The notes beneath the pieces are model-generated. The model did no database searches. It saw only the letters and a program-made list of their open reading frames with translations, and had not been told where the DNA came from. From Acidimicrobiales bacterium (GTDB lineage: Bacteria > Actinomycetota > Acidimicrobiia > Acidimicrobiales > SHLQ01): DNA of 64,000 nucleotides. The position numbers and the translations under genes are program-made. The DNA is taken from the NCBI GenBank assembly GCA_020629635.1, contig JAHDCX010000015.1:18899-82898 (forward strand), read 5' to 3'. Every line of letters begins with the position of its first letter. The stretch's first letter is position 1. Shown here one piece after another: positions 16,813 to 26,780 of the stretch.

Positions 16813-18651
16813 TTGCGAGGTTCGCCGGTGATCTACGGCTTTCTCGGACTCACCATCATCGCGGTCGGCGCGGCCCTGTTCTTCTACCGGTCGTCGCGCG
16901 TCCTTCGATCCGATGCCGACGCACAGCCCGCCGGGCCCAGCGTCGATGTTCATGCCAAGGTGCAGCGCTCCGACGTCCGCTTCGACGAAGTCCAGATTCT
17001 GCAGAAGATCTCCGAAGGCGCGACCGTGCCGATGGTGCTCGAAGCCTGCACCGAGCTGCTCGAGAAGCAGTTCCCCGACGACAAGTTCCGCGTCGCACAG
17101 GGCGCCGGCTTCGACAGCGACGGCGCCGAATGGGTGTCGCTCGCCGTCGTCGACAAGCGAAACGACTGGTCGATCCAACGCCGCGAACGGCCCGGCTCCG
17201 AACCGCCGACGCCCGAACTCGTCAGCCTCGCAGCCGCCGTCGCCCGCGTGGCCATCTCGTTCCATCACCGGACGGCTCAGCAACGCATCCAGACCGACCA
17301 CGATCCGCTCACCACCGTCCTCACCCGCGGTGCGGTCATCGGCGTCCTCGAACGGCTCCTCGAACTCGATGAATCGGTCGGCATCATCTACGTCGACGTC
17401 GACGAATTCAAAGAGATCAACGACACGCTCGGACACGACGCCGGCGACCACGTACTCGTGGCGATCGCCGACCGGCTCACCGCAGTCGTCTCCGGCAGCG
17501 GATTCGACGCGTGCGTCGGTCGCCTCGGCGGAGACGAGTTCATCTGCGTCATCGCCGGCATGACCACCGACGATCTCGAGGCGATCGCCGCACAACTCGT
17601 GGCCGCCATGACCGAAACGATCGACACCGGGATCCAGCGCATCACCACCTCGTTGTCGCTCGGACTCGTGGCCGTCGAGGCCCAGGAGGTCACGTCCGCG
17701 GTCGATCTCATGAAGGACGCCGACGCGGCGCTCTACGAAGTGAAACGGGCGGGTCGAAACGGCTTCCGTCTCTACGACGACGAACTTCGGGCGCTCACCG
17801 ACGAACGCAACCGACTCGAGCGAGACCTCGCTGCATCGATCACCACCGGCACCGGCATCCACGCCGAGTTGCAGCCGCAGTTCAACCGCGATCTCAAACT
17901 CGTCGGCTTCGAAGCGCTCGGACGATGGAATCGCCCGGGAGTCGGACCGGTTGTCGCCGACCAGTTCATTCCCGTCGCCGTCGAACGCGGACTCGTCGGA
18001 GCGTTCGACCGCGTCGTGTTCGAGCACGTCACCAACGTCATCGCCAGTTCGGCCGCCGAAGACGTGTCACTCGGGCTCGTCAGCATCAACGTGTCCGCCG
18101 AACGACTCGCCATGCCGAGCTTCGTCGAGGACGTGCTCGGCTGCATGCACACGGCCAAGATCCCGGCCGGTCGCCTCGCAATCGAGATCACCGAATCGAG
18201 CCTGATCGAAAACATCGATCTCAACGCCAAACGACTCGCGAGCCTGCGATCCCACGGCGTGCGAGTGGCCATCGACGATTTCGGCACCGGCTACTCCTCG
18301 CTGTCCTATCTCCGCGATCTCCCGGTCGACATCGTCAAGCTCGACAAGGAGTTCGTGAAGGACATCGACACCAGCCAACAGAGCGCAGCGATCGCCGAAG
18401 CCGTCGTCGCCCTCGCACGAGCCCTCGGGATCATGACCATCGCGGAAGGTGTCGAACGCAAGTCCCAGCTCCAGGTCCTTCGGGCCATGGGCTGTGACAT
18501 CTTCCAGGGCTTCCTGCTCGGCAAGCCCCTGACCACCACGACCGCACACGGGCTCGCCCGGAAGGCCGACGGACGCCAGAAGGCCGCATCCGAACCGGTC
18601 GTCGAGCGCACCGCCACCCTCCCGGACGACGAGACTCCTCAGGCCGCATGA
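16813..18651 (+). CDS. Membrane-anchored GGDEF-EAL protein (diguanylate cyclase / c-di-GMP phosphodiesterase)
   Basis: N-terminal TM. GGDEF domain (DPLTTVLTRG, RLGGDEFICV). EAL domain (LQPQF, FEALGRW, EITES, DDFGTGYSS, KLDKEF, AEGVE, QGF). Start is either TTG 16813 or GTG 16828. Confidence 0.85.
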   Translation: MRGSPVIYGFLGLTIIAVGAALFFYRSSRVLRSDADAQPAGPSVDVHAKVQRSDVRFDEVQILQKISEGATVPMVLEACTELLEKQFPDDKFRVAQGAGFDSDGAEWVSLAVVDKRNDWSIQRRERPGSEPPTPELVSLAAAVARVAISFHHRTAQQRIQTDHDPLTTVLTRGAVIGVLERLLELDESVGIIYVDVDEFKEINDTLGHDAGDHVLVAIADRLTAVVSGSGFDACVGRLGGDEFICVIAGMTTDDLEAIAAQLVAAMTETIDTGIQRITTSLSLGLVAVEAQEVTSAVDLMKDADAALYEVKRAGRNGFRLYDDELRALTDERNRLERDLAASITTGTGIHAELQPQFNRDLKLVGFEALGRWNRPGVGPVVADQFIPVAVERGLVGAFDRVVFEHVTNVIASSAAEDVSLGLVSINVSAERLAMPSFVEDVLGCMHTAKIPAGRLAIEITESSLIENIDLNAKRLASLRSHGVRVAIDDFGTGYSSLSYLRDLPVDIVKLDKEFVKDIDTSQQSAAIAEAVVALARALGIMTIAEGVERKSQLQVLRAMGCDIFQGFLLGKPLTTTTAHGLARKADGRQKAASEPVVERTATLPDDETPQAA

Positions 18652-18735
18652 TCTCGCCAATCGGCCGAGATTGACACGAGGCATGGCACACTGAGGTATG
18701 GACGACCCTCCTGAACCGAAGCGGTCACGCGTGGA

Positions 18736-20025
18736 GTGTTCACGGTGACCGGCATCGACATCGCCCTTCTGGTCTCAATCCTCGTGATCCTGATGATCCT
18801 GATCGGGCTCGCGGTCGCCGAAACCGGCCTCAACCGCATCTCCCACGTCAAGGCGCAGGCGATCGCCGAAACCAACGACACCAAGGCCGCCCGGGTACTG
18901 GCGTCACTCGTCGAACACCCGGAACGGTTCATCAATCCGCTGCTCGTCACCGTCACCGTGCTTCAGCAGGCGCAGGCCTTTTTGACGACGATCTTCGCCG
19001 GGCGCGTGTTCGGTCCCTGGGGTGTCGTCGGGGCGTTCGTGATCAGCGTCGTCGTCTTCTTCGTGCTCGCCGAAGCAATGCCGAAGACCTGGGCGGTGCT
19101 TCACGCCGAGCGCGCGGCCCTCGTGACCGCACGGCCGATGGCCGGCCTCATTGCGTTTCCGCCGCTACGACTCGTGTCGAAGGGGCTCATCGGGCTCACC
19201 AACGTGCTGATCCCGGGCAAAGGCCTCAAGCAGGGCCCGTTCGTCAGCGAGCAAGAACTCCTCGGCATCGTCGAAGCGGCCGCCGAAGACGAAGTCATCG
19301 AACACGAAGAACGCGAACTGATCGAGAGCATCATCGAATTCGGCGACATGGTCGCCCGCGAAGTGATGGTGCCGAGGCCGGACATGGTCTCGATCGACGC
19401 GACCGCCACCGTGACGAACGCGATGGACCTCGCCATCGAGCACGGATTCAGCCGGATCCCCGTCACGACCGGCGACGACATCGTCGGCGTCACCCACATC
19501 AAGGAACTCATCGGGTCGGAGCGCTCGGGCGGAGGCAAGGACTCGGTCGAGACGCTCATGCGCAGCGTGCGATTCGTCCCGGAGAACAAGCCCCTGAGCG
19601 AGCTGATGCGCGAGATGCAGTCTGACGCGATCCACCTGGCGATCGTCGCGGACGAATACGGCGACGTCGCCGGTCTCGTCACCCTCGAGGACTGCCTCGA
19701 AGAACTCGTCGGCGAGATCGTCGACGAGTACGACACCGAAGAGGCACCCACTCGAGAACTCGCCGACGGCGACCACATGGTCGACGGTGGCGTGCTCGTG
19801 AGCGAGATCAACGACCTCCTCGACGCGGATCTGCCCGACGACGACTGGGACACGGTCGGCGGACTCGTCTTCGGAACGCTCGGTCGGGTCGCCGAGGTCG
19901 GCGACGTGCTCGAGGTGGATGGGGTGCGACTCACCGTCGAGGCTCTCGACGGACGCCGAATCCGACAGGTGCGTGTGCATCAGTTGCCCACGGAGCCCGG
20001 CACAGACAACGACGACGCTCCATAG
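18736..20025 (+). CDS. CNNM/CorC/TlyC-family transporter (DUF21 + CBS pair + CorC_HlyC)
   Basis: DUF21 TM region, CBS pair (VMVPRPDMVSIDA..., IPV...IVGVTHIKEL, LAIVADEYGDVAGLVTLEDCLEELVGEI), and CorC_HlyC C-terminal domain. Confidence 0.85.
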   Translation: MFTVTGIDIALLVSILVILMILIGLAVAETGLNRISHVKAQAIAETNDTKAARVLASLVEHPERFINPLLVTVTVLQQAQAFLTTIFAGRVFGPWGVVGAFVISVVVFFVLAEAMPKTWAVLHAERAALVTARPMAGLIAFPPLRLVSKGLIGLTNVLIPGKGLKQGPFVSEQELLGIVEAAAEDEVIEHEERELIESIIEFGDMVAREVMVPRPDMVSIDATATVTNAMDLAIEHGFSRIPVTTGDDIVGVTHIKELIGSERSGGGKDSVETLMRSVRFVPENKPLSELMREMQSDAIHLAIVADEYGDVAGLVTLEDCLEELVGEIVDEYDTEEAPTRELADGDHMVDGGVLVSEINDLLDADLPDDDWDTVGGLVFGTLGRVAEVGDVLEVDGVRLTVEALDGRRIRQVRVHQLPTEPGTDNDDAP

Positions 20026-20034
20026 AATCGAGTC

Positions 20035-20517
20035 ATGACCGAGGTACGCGAGACACTGCTGCCGGGCGTCGGGGTTCGTCACGAGTTCACCAACGAGGAC
20101 GGCCGCGACATGGGGGTGATCGTCCATCACGACGGTCGCCGCGAGTTCTTGATGTACTCGGCAAAGGATCCTGATTCGTGCGCGCAGCTCTTCACCCTGT
20201 CGGAGACCGACACGGCCACGCTCGCCGAAATCCTCGGGGTGAGCGTCGTCAATGAGGTCGTGTCCGAAGTCCGTCAGGACCTGGGAGGACTCGCGCTCGA
20301 GTGGATCGAGCTCGACGATGACCACTGCGCCGTCGGCTCATCGATCGGCGATGGCGCCTACCGCTCCATCACGGGCGCATCGATCATCGCCGTCATCCGC
20401 AACTCCCGACCGATTCCCGAACCCGGACCGGACTTCCAGCTCTTCGCCGGCGACATCGCCGTCATCGTCGGGACGCACGACGAGGTGAACGACCTCCGAC
20501 TCGCGCTCTGCAGCTGA
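20035..20517 (+). CDS. khtT: K+/H+ antiporter regulatory subunit, KhtT-like (N-domain + RCK_C/TrkA-C)
   Basis: Collinear with my recollection of B. subtilis KhtT: LPGVGVRHEF...VIVHHDGRREF...DPD...LSETDTATLAEILG, then the TrkA-C part (IEWIEL...SIGDG...ASIIAVIRN...GDIAVIVG). Confidence 0.78.
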   Translation: MTEVRETLLPGVGVRHEFTNEDGRDMGVIVHHDGRREFLMYSAKDPDSCAQLFTLSETDTATLAEILGVSVVNEVVSEVRQDLGGLALEWIELDDDHCAVGSSIGDGAYRSITGASIIAVIRNSRPIPEPGPDFQLFAGDIAVIVGTHDEVNDLRLALCS

Positions 20518-20528
20518 GTCTCGATCCG

Positions 20529-21743
20529 ATGCTCCTCGCCGCAGGGTCGGCAGAGACCGCACTCGCCTTTCTCGAGATCGGCCTTCTCGTCGGGGGGCTC
20601 GGCATCCTGTCCGCGCTCGCGAGTCGACTCGGCGTCACCGCCGTCCCGCTCTATCTGATCGCCGGGCTCGCGTTCGGCGAAGGGGGCATCAAGGAGCTCG
20701 ATGTGAGCGAGGGATTCGTCTCGCTCACCGGCGAGATCGGCGTGCTTCTCCTGCTGTTCACGCTCGGCCTCGAATACACCGACCACGAGCTCCGGGAAGG
20801 CCTCCGTACCGGGACACGCCAGGCGACCCTCGACATGGTGTTGAGCGCCGGAACGGGGCTGGCCTTCGGATTGCTGCTCGGCTGGTCGCCGCTTGCGTCG
20901 GTCCTGCTCGCCGGCGTGACCTGGGTGTCGTCGTCAGGCGTGATCTCCAAGGTGCTCGATGACCTGGGCCGACTCGGCAACCGCGAGACACCCTCGATCC
21001 TCAACCTGCTGGTGATGGAGGATCTCGCCATGGCGATCTACCTTCCGGTCGTCGCCGCACTCATCGTCGGCGGCACCGTGACCGAGACGATCTCGGGAGT
21101 GGCCGTCGCCCTCGGCGTGGTCGCCGTCATCCTCGCGGCAGCACTCCGGTACGGCACCGCACTCAGCGACCGGCTCGTTCGGACCTCCGACGAATCGTTG
21201 CTGCTCACGGTCTTCGGGCTCGTGCTGTTCGTGGCCGGCACCGCCCAGACTCTCCAGGTCTCTGGCGCGATCGGGGCGTTTCTGGTCGGGCTGGCCCTGT
21301 CGGGGAAGACCGAGGAACGCACGGCCGTTCTGGTCTCGCCGTTGCGCGATCTGTTCGCGGCGACGTTCTTTGTCTTCTTCTCGTTCCAGATCGACCCCAC
21401 CGACCTGCTCTCGATGCTCGGCTGGGCCGCCCTGTTGGCGGTCATCACGTCGATCACGAAGGTCGCCACGGGTTGGTATGCGGCCGCCCGGGCCGGGGTC
21501 GCCCGCAACGGGCGCGTGCGGGCCGGAACGATGTTGATCGCTCGCGGCGAGTTCTCGATCGTGATCGCCGCGCTCGGTGCCGATCTGGCCGATGGACCCG
21601 AGCTCGGCGCGCTCTCGGCTGGCTACGTCCTGCTCACCGCCGTCCTCGGTCCGCTGGCCACTCGCTTCAGCGCACCAATCGATTCGGGCGTGCAACGAGC
21701 CCTGTCGCCATTCCGTCAACGAATGCGTTTCAGCACCTCATAG
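20529..21743 (+). CDS. CPA2-family cation:proton antiporter (KhtU/Kef-like)
   Basis: 404 aa, about 12 TM. LGVTAVPLYLIAGLAFGEGG and LLLLFTLGLEY are typical of the Na_H_Exchanger fold. Immediately downstream of the khtT-like gene. Confidence 0.82.
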   Translation: MLLAAGSAETALAFLEIGLLVGGLGILSALASRLGVTAVPLYLIAGLAFGEGGIKELDVSEGFVSLTGEIGVLLLLFTLGLEYTDHELREGLRTGTRQATLDMVLSAGTGLAFGLLLGWSPLASVLLAGVTWVSSSGVISKVLDDLGRLGNRETPSILNLLVMEDLAMAIYLPVVAALIVGGTVTETISGVAVALGVVAVILAAALRYGTALSDRLVRTSDESLLLTVFGLVLFVAGTAQTLQVSGAIGAFLVGLALSGKTEERTAVLVSPLRDLFAATFFVFFSFQIDPTDLLSMLGWAALLAVITSITKVATGWYAAARAGVARNGRVRAGTMLIARGEFSIVIAALGADLADGPELGALSAGYVLLTAVLGPLATRFSAPIDSGVQRALSPFRQRMRFSTS

Positions 21744-21821
21744 GAATAAAAGTTCATACTTCTGCCCTTTTTCATAAGGTATTACGACCAGTGTGCCGAT
21801 GAAACTGTCGAGGAGGAGACC

Positions 21822-23996
21822 ATGAACCTGCAACCACCAACCGAACACCAGCTGCTCGTCTTCTGGGTTGGACTGCTCGTCATCCTCGCGGCAGCGCGCG
21901 TGCTCGGACGCCTCGCCCAACGTGTCGGACAGCCCGCCGTCATCGGCGAACTCGCCGCGGGACTCATCCTCGGGCCCTCGATTCTCGGCCGACTCGCCCC
22001 AGATGCGATGACGTGGCTGTTCCCCGACGACCCCGCGCAGACCGCCATGTTGTTCACCGTCGGCTGGATTGGCGTGCTCCTCCTCCTGGTCGTCACCGGG
22101 TTCGAGACCGATCTCGGACTGATCGCCCGACTCGGCCGAGCGGCCACCCTCGTCTCGACAGGATCGCTCGTGGTCCCTGCCCTCGCCGGACTGGCCGTCG
22201 GTTGGCTCATCCCGATCGCCTTCGTCGGCGGAGACACCGAACGGTGGATCTTCGCCCTCTTCATCGCCGCCGCACTCAGCATCTCGTCGCTTCCCGTCAT
22301 CGCCAAGATCCTCTCCGAGATGGGCATGATGCGACGCGACTTCGGCCAGCTCACCCTCGCTGCCGGCATGGCCAACGACGTCGTCGGCTGGATCGCACTC
22401 GGCTTCATCGCCGGACTGGCCCAGGCCGGTGGCGTACAACTCGACAAACTCGCCTTCACCGTCGGAGGCGTGACGCTCTTCTTCATCCTCGCCTTCACCG
22501 TCGGCCAACGCGGCGTCGACCGAGCCCTTCGCAAGGTCAGGGAGAACGGCAACGACCCCCTCCAAGGTCTCACCGTCGTGATCATGACCGCCCTCGTGTT
22601 CGGGGTCATCACCCAATGGCTCCACGTCGAAGCGGTCCTCGGCGCCTTCATCGCCGGCGTCGTCCTCGCCCGCTCCCGCTACGGCGACCACGACCTGATC
22701 CGGCCGGTCGAGACCATGACCGCTGCGGTGTTCGCCCCGATCTTCTTCGCCACGGCCGGTCTCCGGGTCGACCTCGGCCTCCTCGCAGATCGCGAGACGC
22801 TCTTGTGGGCAGGCGCCGTGCTGATCGCGGCATCGCTGTCCAAGTTCGTCGGATCGGTTGCGGGAGCCCGGATGTCGGGACTCGCCACCCGAGAGGGCGC
22901 CGCCCTCGGCGTGGGCCTCAACGCCCGCGGCGCGCTCGAGATTGTCATCGCCACCGTCGGACTCAGCCTCGGCGTCCTCAACGATCGCTCGTACACCGTC
23001 ATCGTCCTGATGGCGATGGCGACGTCGATGGCCGCGCCGCCGATGCTGCGACGGGTCCTTCGCGATTGGGACGGCTCACCCGCGGAGCGCAAGCGACTCG
23101 ACGCCGAACGCCAACTCGCCGCCAATCGGCTCATCACCGGCGGACATGTGCTCATCCCCACACGCGGTGGCGTCGATTCGCTCCTCGCCGCTCAGGTCGC
23201 CGGGCTCGCCTGGCCAACCCGCGCCGAAATCACCTTCGCCTCCGCGGGGATCACCAACCCCGACATCCACGCCCACCGCAACGTGGTCCACGGTCACCCG
23301 GTTCGAGCCATCCAGCTCGATGGCGCCTCCCCGATCGACGCCATCCTCGACGAAGCTGCACTCGGCTATTCAGCGATCGTGCTCGGCATGTCTTCTCCCG
23401 ACGCGCCGAGCGGCACGACCTTCGGCGGCTTCGTCGACGAGATCGTGCGACGCTCACCCGTACCGGTCGTCGTCGTCCGCGGACCCGAATCCAACACGCG
23501 TGCACTCCCCTGGGCATTCGCTCGAGCGCTCGTTCCCACCAAGGGCGGAGCAATCTGTCGCCCCGCACAAGAACTCGCCGCCTACATCGGGGCCGAACTC
23601 GGCACCCACGTCCATCACCTCCATGTCGCACGGTCGACCGAGCGCAGCGTCGGCGAGCGCCTCGGTGCACTGCGCCCCGGCGCCGGTGGACGCATCCTCG
23701 ACAGCGCGGATGACCTCGCCGCTCGGATCGGAGCCGAGACGACCAGCTTCGTCGAGCATCACCCCGATGCCGCGATCCAAATTCTTCGAAGTGCCGACGA
23801 CCTCGAGGCCGACCTGCTCGTGGTGTCCGGCATCGCCCGGCAACACGGTGGAGAACTCCACCTCGGCCACACGCTCCCCCGGGTGATCCGCTCGTCGACC
23901 GACCGCACGCTCGTTGCGGTGATGCTCCCGCCCGAACACCGCAACGACGCCACCTCCGGCACCGATCACGAGTCGACCGCCGCCGGAGCGAGCTGA
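21822..23996 (+). CDS. CPA2-family cation:proton antiporter fused to tandem universal-stress-protein (USP)-like domains
   Basis: N-terminal antiporter domain (GQPAVIGELAAGLILGPSILG, LLLLVVTGFETD). The C-terminal ~280 aa has two USP-like halves (HVLIPTRGGVDS..., VPVVVVRG; ALVPTKGG..., ADLLVVSG). RBS GAGGAGGAG at 21808-21816. Confidence 0.8.
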   Translation: MNLQPPTEHQLLVFWVGLLVILAAARVLGRLAQRVGQPAVIGELAAGLILGPSILGRLAPDAMTWLFPDDPAQTAMLFTVGWIGVLLLLVVTGFETDLGLIARLGRAATLVSTGSLVVPALAGLAVGWLIPIAFVGGDTERWIFALFIAAALSISSLPVIAKILSEMGMMRRDFGQLTLAAGMANDVVGWIALGFIAGLAQAGGVQLDKLAFTVGGVTLFFILAFTVGQRGVDRALRKVRENGNDPLQGLTVVIMTALVFGVITQWLHVEAVLGAFIAGVVLARSRYGDHDLIRPVETMTAAVFAPIFFATAGLRVDLGLLADRETLLWAGAVLIAASLSKFVGSVAGARMSGLATREGAALGVGLNARGALEIVIATVGLSLGVLNDRSYTVIVLMAMATSMAAPPMLRRVLRDWDGSPAERKRLDAERQLAANRLITGGHVLIPTRGGVDSLLAAQVAGLAWPTRAEITFASAGITNPDIHAHRNVVHGHPVRAIQLDGASPIDAILDEAALGYSAIVLGMSSPDAPSGTTFGGFVDEIVRRSPVPVVVVRGPESNTRALPWAFARALVPTKGGAICRPAQELAAYIGAELGTHVHHLHVARSTERSVGERLGALRPGAGGRILDSADDLAARIGAETTSFVEHHPDAAIQILRSADDLEADLLVVSGIARQHGGELHLGHTLPRVIRSSTDRTLVAVMLPPEHRNDATSGTDHESTAAGAS

Positions 23997-24072
23997 GGGC
24001 TGCGCGCCTCACGCACCACGTTCTCGTGGCGCGGTTCCACACGGCTCTTCCGCACCCGTTACCGTCGCGTCG

Positions 24073-26655
24073 GTGGCAGACACGAGGGGCGTCCCACACG
24101 TCGAGTCGACGGCCGAACGCTCGCCCGACCTCGGATTGAGCACGTTCGGCGGTGTCTTCACGCCGAGCATCCTGACGATCCTCGGTCTGGTCCTGTTCCT
24201 TCGTCTCGGGGTCACCACCGGAAACGTCGGCCTCCTGCCAATGCTGTTGATCCTCGGCGGGTCGACGGCCGTGTCGGTACTCACCACCATCTCCCTCTCC
24301 GCGATCGCGACAAACCTGAAGGTGGGTGGAGGTGGCGTCTACTTCATCATCTCGCGCACCCTGGGACCGGCCTTCGGTGGCTCGATCGGACTCGTCCTCT
24401 ACCTCGGCATGTCGGTGTCGGTCGCCTTCTATGCCATCGGTTTCGGCGAGGCCGTCGCCGCCGTCATCGGGACCACGTCGGGCGCCGCTCCGCGCCTCAT
24501 CGCCGTGGCCGCCATCATCGCCCTGCTCGGCATCGCCTGGCTCGGCGCGGACATCGCCACCCGCGCCCAGTACGTCGTCATGGCCTGTCTCGCTGCTGCA
24601 CTCCTGGCCTACGTGATCGGTGTCGCCAATGATCTCGAGCCGGGCAGGATCGCGGATTCGTGGACGGCCGGCGACGACGGCGTCGGCTTCTGGGTGACCT
24701 TCGCCCTGTTCTTCCCGGCGATCACCGGCTTCACGCAAGGCGTCGCCATGAGCGGCGATCTCCGAACTCCCAGCCAGAGCATCATCCGCGGCACGTTTCT
24801 CGCCATCGGGCTGTCGACCGCGGTGTATCTGCTGGTCATCGTCAGTTTCACGATGACCGCGGACCTCGGCGAGCTCCGTGACGAACCGGCGATCATGCGT
24901 CGACTGTCCCTGCATCCGGCCTTCATCGACGTCGGGGTGATCTCTGCGACGCTGTCGTCGGCGATCGCCTCATTGATGGGAGCGCCGCGAACGCTGCAGC
25001 GCCTCGCCGCCGATCGCCTCGTTCCCGTCCTCGAGCCCTTTGCCGTCGGCGCAGGTCCAGCCAACAACCCCCGGCGCGGCGTGTTGCTCTCGGCGGTGAT
25101 TGCCATGATCACCGTGGCGATCGGCGATCTCGATCTCGTGGCGCCGATCATCTCGATGTTCTTCCTCGCGAGCTACGGGTTGATCAACTACGCCACCTAC
25201 GCCGAAGCCCGGGCGGCGTCGACGTCGTTCCGACCGACCTTCCGCTTCTTCGACTGGCGTCTCAGCCTCCTCGGGACGGTCGGGTGTATCGGCGCGATTC
25301 TCGCGATCGACCCGATCGCCGGTGCGGTTGCCGGGCTGCTCATCGCGGCGCTGCATCGATACATCGCCCGCACCTCTGGCCGAGCTCGCTGGGCGGACTC
25401 CACGCGCGGCTTCCACGTGTCGGAAATCCGCAACCACCTCCATCTGATGCGCGCAACCGACGACGTGAGTCGGGACTGGCGCCCCTACACCGTGGCCTTC
25501 GTCCCCCGGAACCCGGGCCGACGTCACCGTCTCGTGGAGGTCGCCAACCAGCTCGAAGGTCGCGCCGGATTCACTTCTGTCGTGCGGATCCTCGTCGGGA
25601 CGGGTCCGGTGATTCGCAAGCGAGCTGGCGAGGTCGACGTCGAGCTCCAACGCGAGTTGGAGCATTCGCATCCGTCGACGTTCGGGCGTGTGGTCGTCGC
25701 CGACGACGTCTCATCTGGCGTCGCCGCGGTCCTCCAGGCCCATGGCATCGGCCCCTTGCAACCCAACATCGCCTTGTTCAACCTGGCACACCCCTCCGAC
25801 GACGCGGTGGAGAACGCAGAGTCGTGGGGAGCGATGATCCAGACCGCCCGCAGATTCGGCTCCAACGTGGCGGTCCTGCACCATGACGACGCGGCGACGG
25901 CCACCGACCGCCAGAGGCTCGACGTGTGGTGGAGTGACGACGAGTCAGGCGCCTTGTTGGTTCTGCTCGCATGGTTGATGACTCGCACGTCGGAGTGGGA
26001 TGACGCCGATGTCCGGGTCTGGGTGGAGCGTCGCGATGACGTCGAACGTCCATCCGAGACCCTCGACCGGGTACGCCAACTGCTCGACGAGGCCCGACTT
26101 CCGGTCCGAGTGGCCGGTTCCGCCAAAGCGGAGTCCTTCGCGAAGACGGTTGGCGATGCCTCCTTTGTCCTCGCGCCCATGCGGGTCCGCCACAAGGACG
26201 GGTTCGGGCCCGGTGGAGCGTCCATCGCCGACCTGGTCAGGACGGGAGTACCCGACACCTTGTTCGTGCATGTGTCGGAGGCGGTGGAGTTGGACGTGCA
26301 GCCCGATCAGTCGCAGTCGCGACACCTCGCTGATGCGGTGGATCGAGCAGAGCGACTCCGAAGCCACGCACAAGAGCTGAGTACGACGGCAGCCGGACTG
26401 GTCGTTCGAGCCGAGACGGTTCGCCTCGAGCACGATGGAGACGACAGTGCTCCCGAAGTCGCCGCCGCGGCCAAGGATGCGGCTGCGGCGCAACGCGCGT
26501 ATCTGGATGCGCGCGCTCGTGCAGAGGAGGCGTTCGTTCGGGTTCGTTCGCTGGACCCGTCGATGCTCGATGGCGAGCTCGATCCCGAAGTCTGGTTGGC
26601 GGAGTCGTCTCCCACGCGATTCGGCTTCACCGCGTCGGAGACACCGCCGCGCTGA
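24073..26655 (+). CDS. APC-superfamily transporter of the cation-chloride cotransporter (SLC12/CCC) type with large cytoplasmic C-terminal domain
   Basis: LSTFGGVFTPSILTILGLVLFLRLGVTTGNVG and GGGVYFIISRTLGPAFGGSIG, 12 TM, then a ~400-aa soluble domain as in bacterial CCC homologues. Confidence 0.75.
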   Translation: MADTRGVPHVESTAERSPDLGLSTFGGVFTPSILTILGLVLFLRLGVTTGNVGLLPMLLILGGSTAVSVLTTISLSAIATNLKVGGGGVYFIISRTLGPAFGGSIGLVLYLGMSVSVAFYAIGFGEAVAAVIGTTSGAAPRLIAVAAIIALLGIAWLGADIATRAQYVVMACLAAALLAYVIGVANDLEPGRIADSWTAGDDGVGFWVTFALFFPAITGFTQGVAMSGDLRTPSQSIIRGTFLAIGLSTAVYLLVIVSFTMTADLGELRDEPAIMRRLSLHPAFIDVGVISATLSSAIASLMGAPRTLQRLAADRLVPVLEPFAVGAGPANNPRRGVLLSAVIAMITVAIGDLDLVAPIISMFFLASYGLINYATYAEARAASTSFRPTFRFFDWRLSLLGTVGCIGAILAIDPIAGAVAGLLIAALHRYIARTSGRARWADSTRGFHVSEIRNHLHLMRATDDVSRDWRPYTVAFVPRNPGRRHRLVEVANQLEGRAGFTSVVRILVGTGPVIRKRAGEVDVELQRELEHSHPSTFGRVVVADDVSSGVAAVLQAHGIGPLQPNIALFNLAHPSDDAVENAESWGAMIQTARRFGSNVAVLHHDDAATATDRQRLDVWWSDDESGALLVLLAWLMTRTSEWDDADVRVWVERRDDVERPSETLDRVRQLLDEARLPVRVAGSAKAESFAKTVGDASFVLAPMRVRHKDGFGPGGASIADLVRTGVPDTLFVHVSEAVELDVQPDQSQSRHLADAVDRAERLRSHAQELSTTAAGLVVRAETVRLEHDGDDSAPEVAAAAKDAAAAQRAYLDARARAEEAFVRVRSLDPSMLDGELDPEVWLAESSPTRFGFTASETPPR

Positions 26656-26745
26656 TCCGTCAGCCAGTGTGAAAGAGGGTGCTTACAAGACGGTGCTCTC
26701 ATCATCGTCGATGAAACGACTACGTGAGAAAAGCTCTGTTCTACA

Positions 26746-26774
26746 TTGCCTTTTTTGAAAAGGGGTGTTACGAT
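26746..26774 (+). promoter_or_regulatory. Candidate sigma-70-type promoter giving a leaderless sigma-factor mRNA
   Basis: TTGCCT (26746-26751), 17-nt spacer, TACGAT (26769-26774, fits TANNNT), then 6 nt to the ATG at 26781. No RBS precedes that ATG. The patch is AT-rich. Confidence 0.3.
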
Positions 26775-26780
26775 GAATAC

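Noticed and set aside
15775-18027. 750-aa minus-strand ORF
   Set aside because: It is antisense to the MFS and GGDEF-EAL genes. Composition is Gly/Asp/Arg/Glu-rich with no domains, so it is a GC-driven open frame.
18671-18705. Perfect TTGACA upstream of the CNNM gene as a promoter
   Set aside because: The best -10-like hexamer (TATGGA) lies 20 nt away, too far for a standard sigma-70 spacer. Support is not strong enough to list it as a feature.
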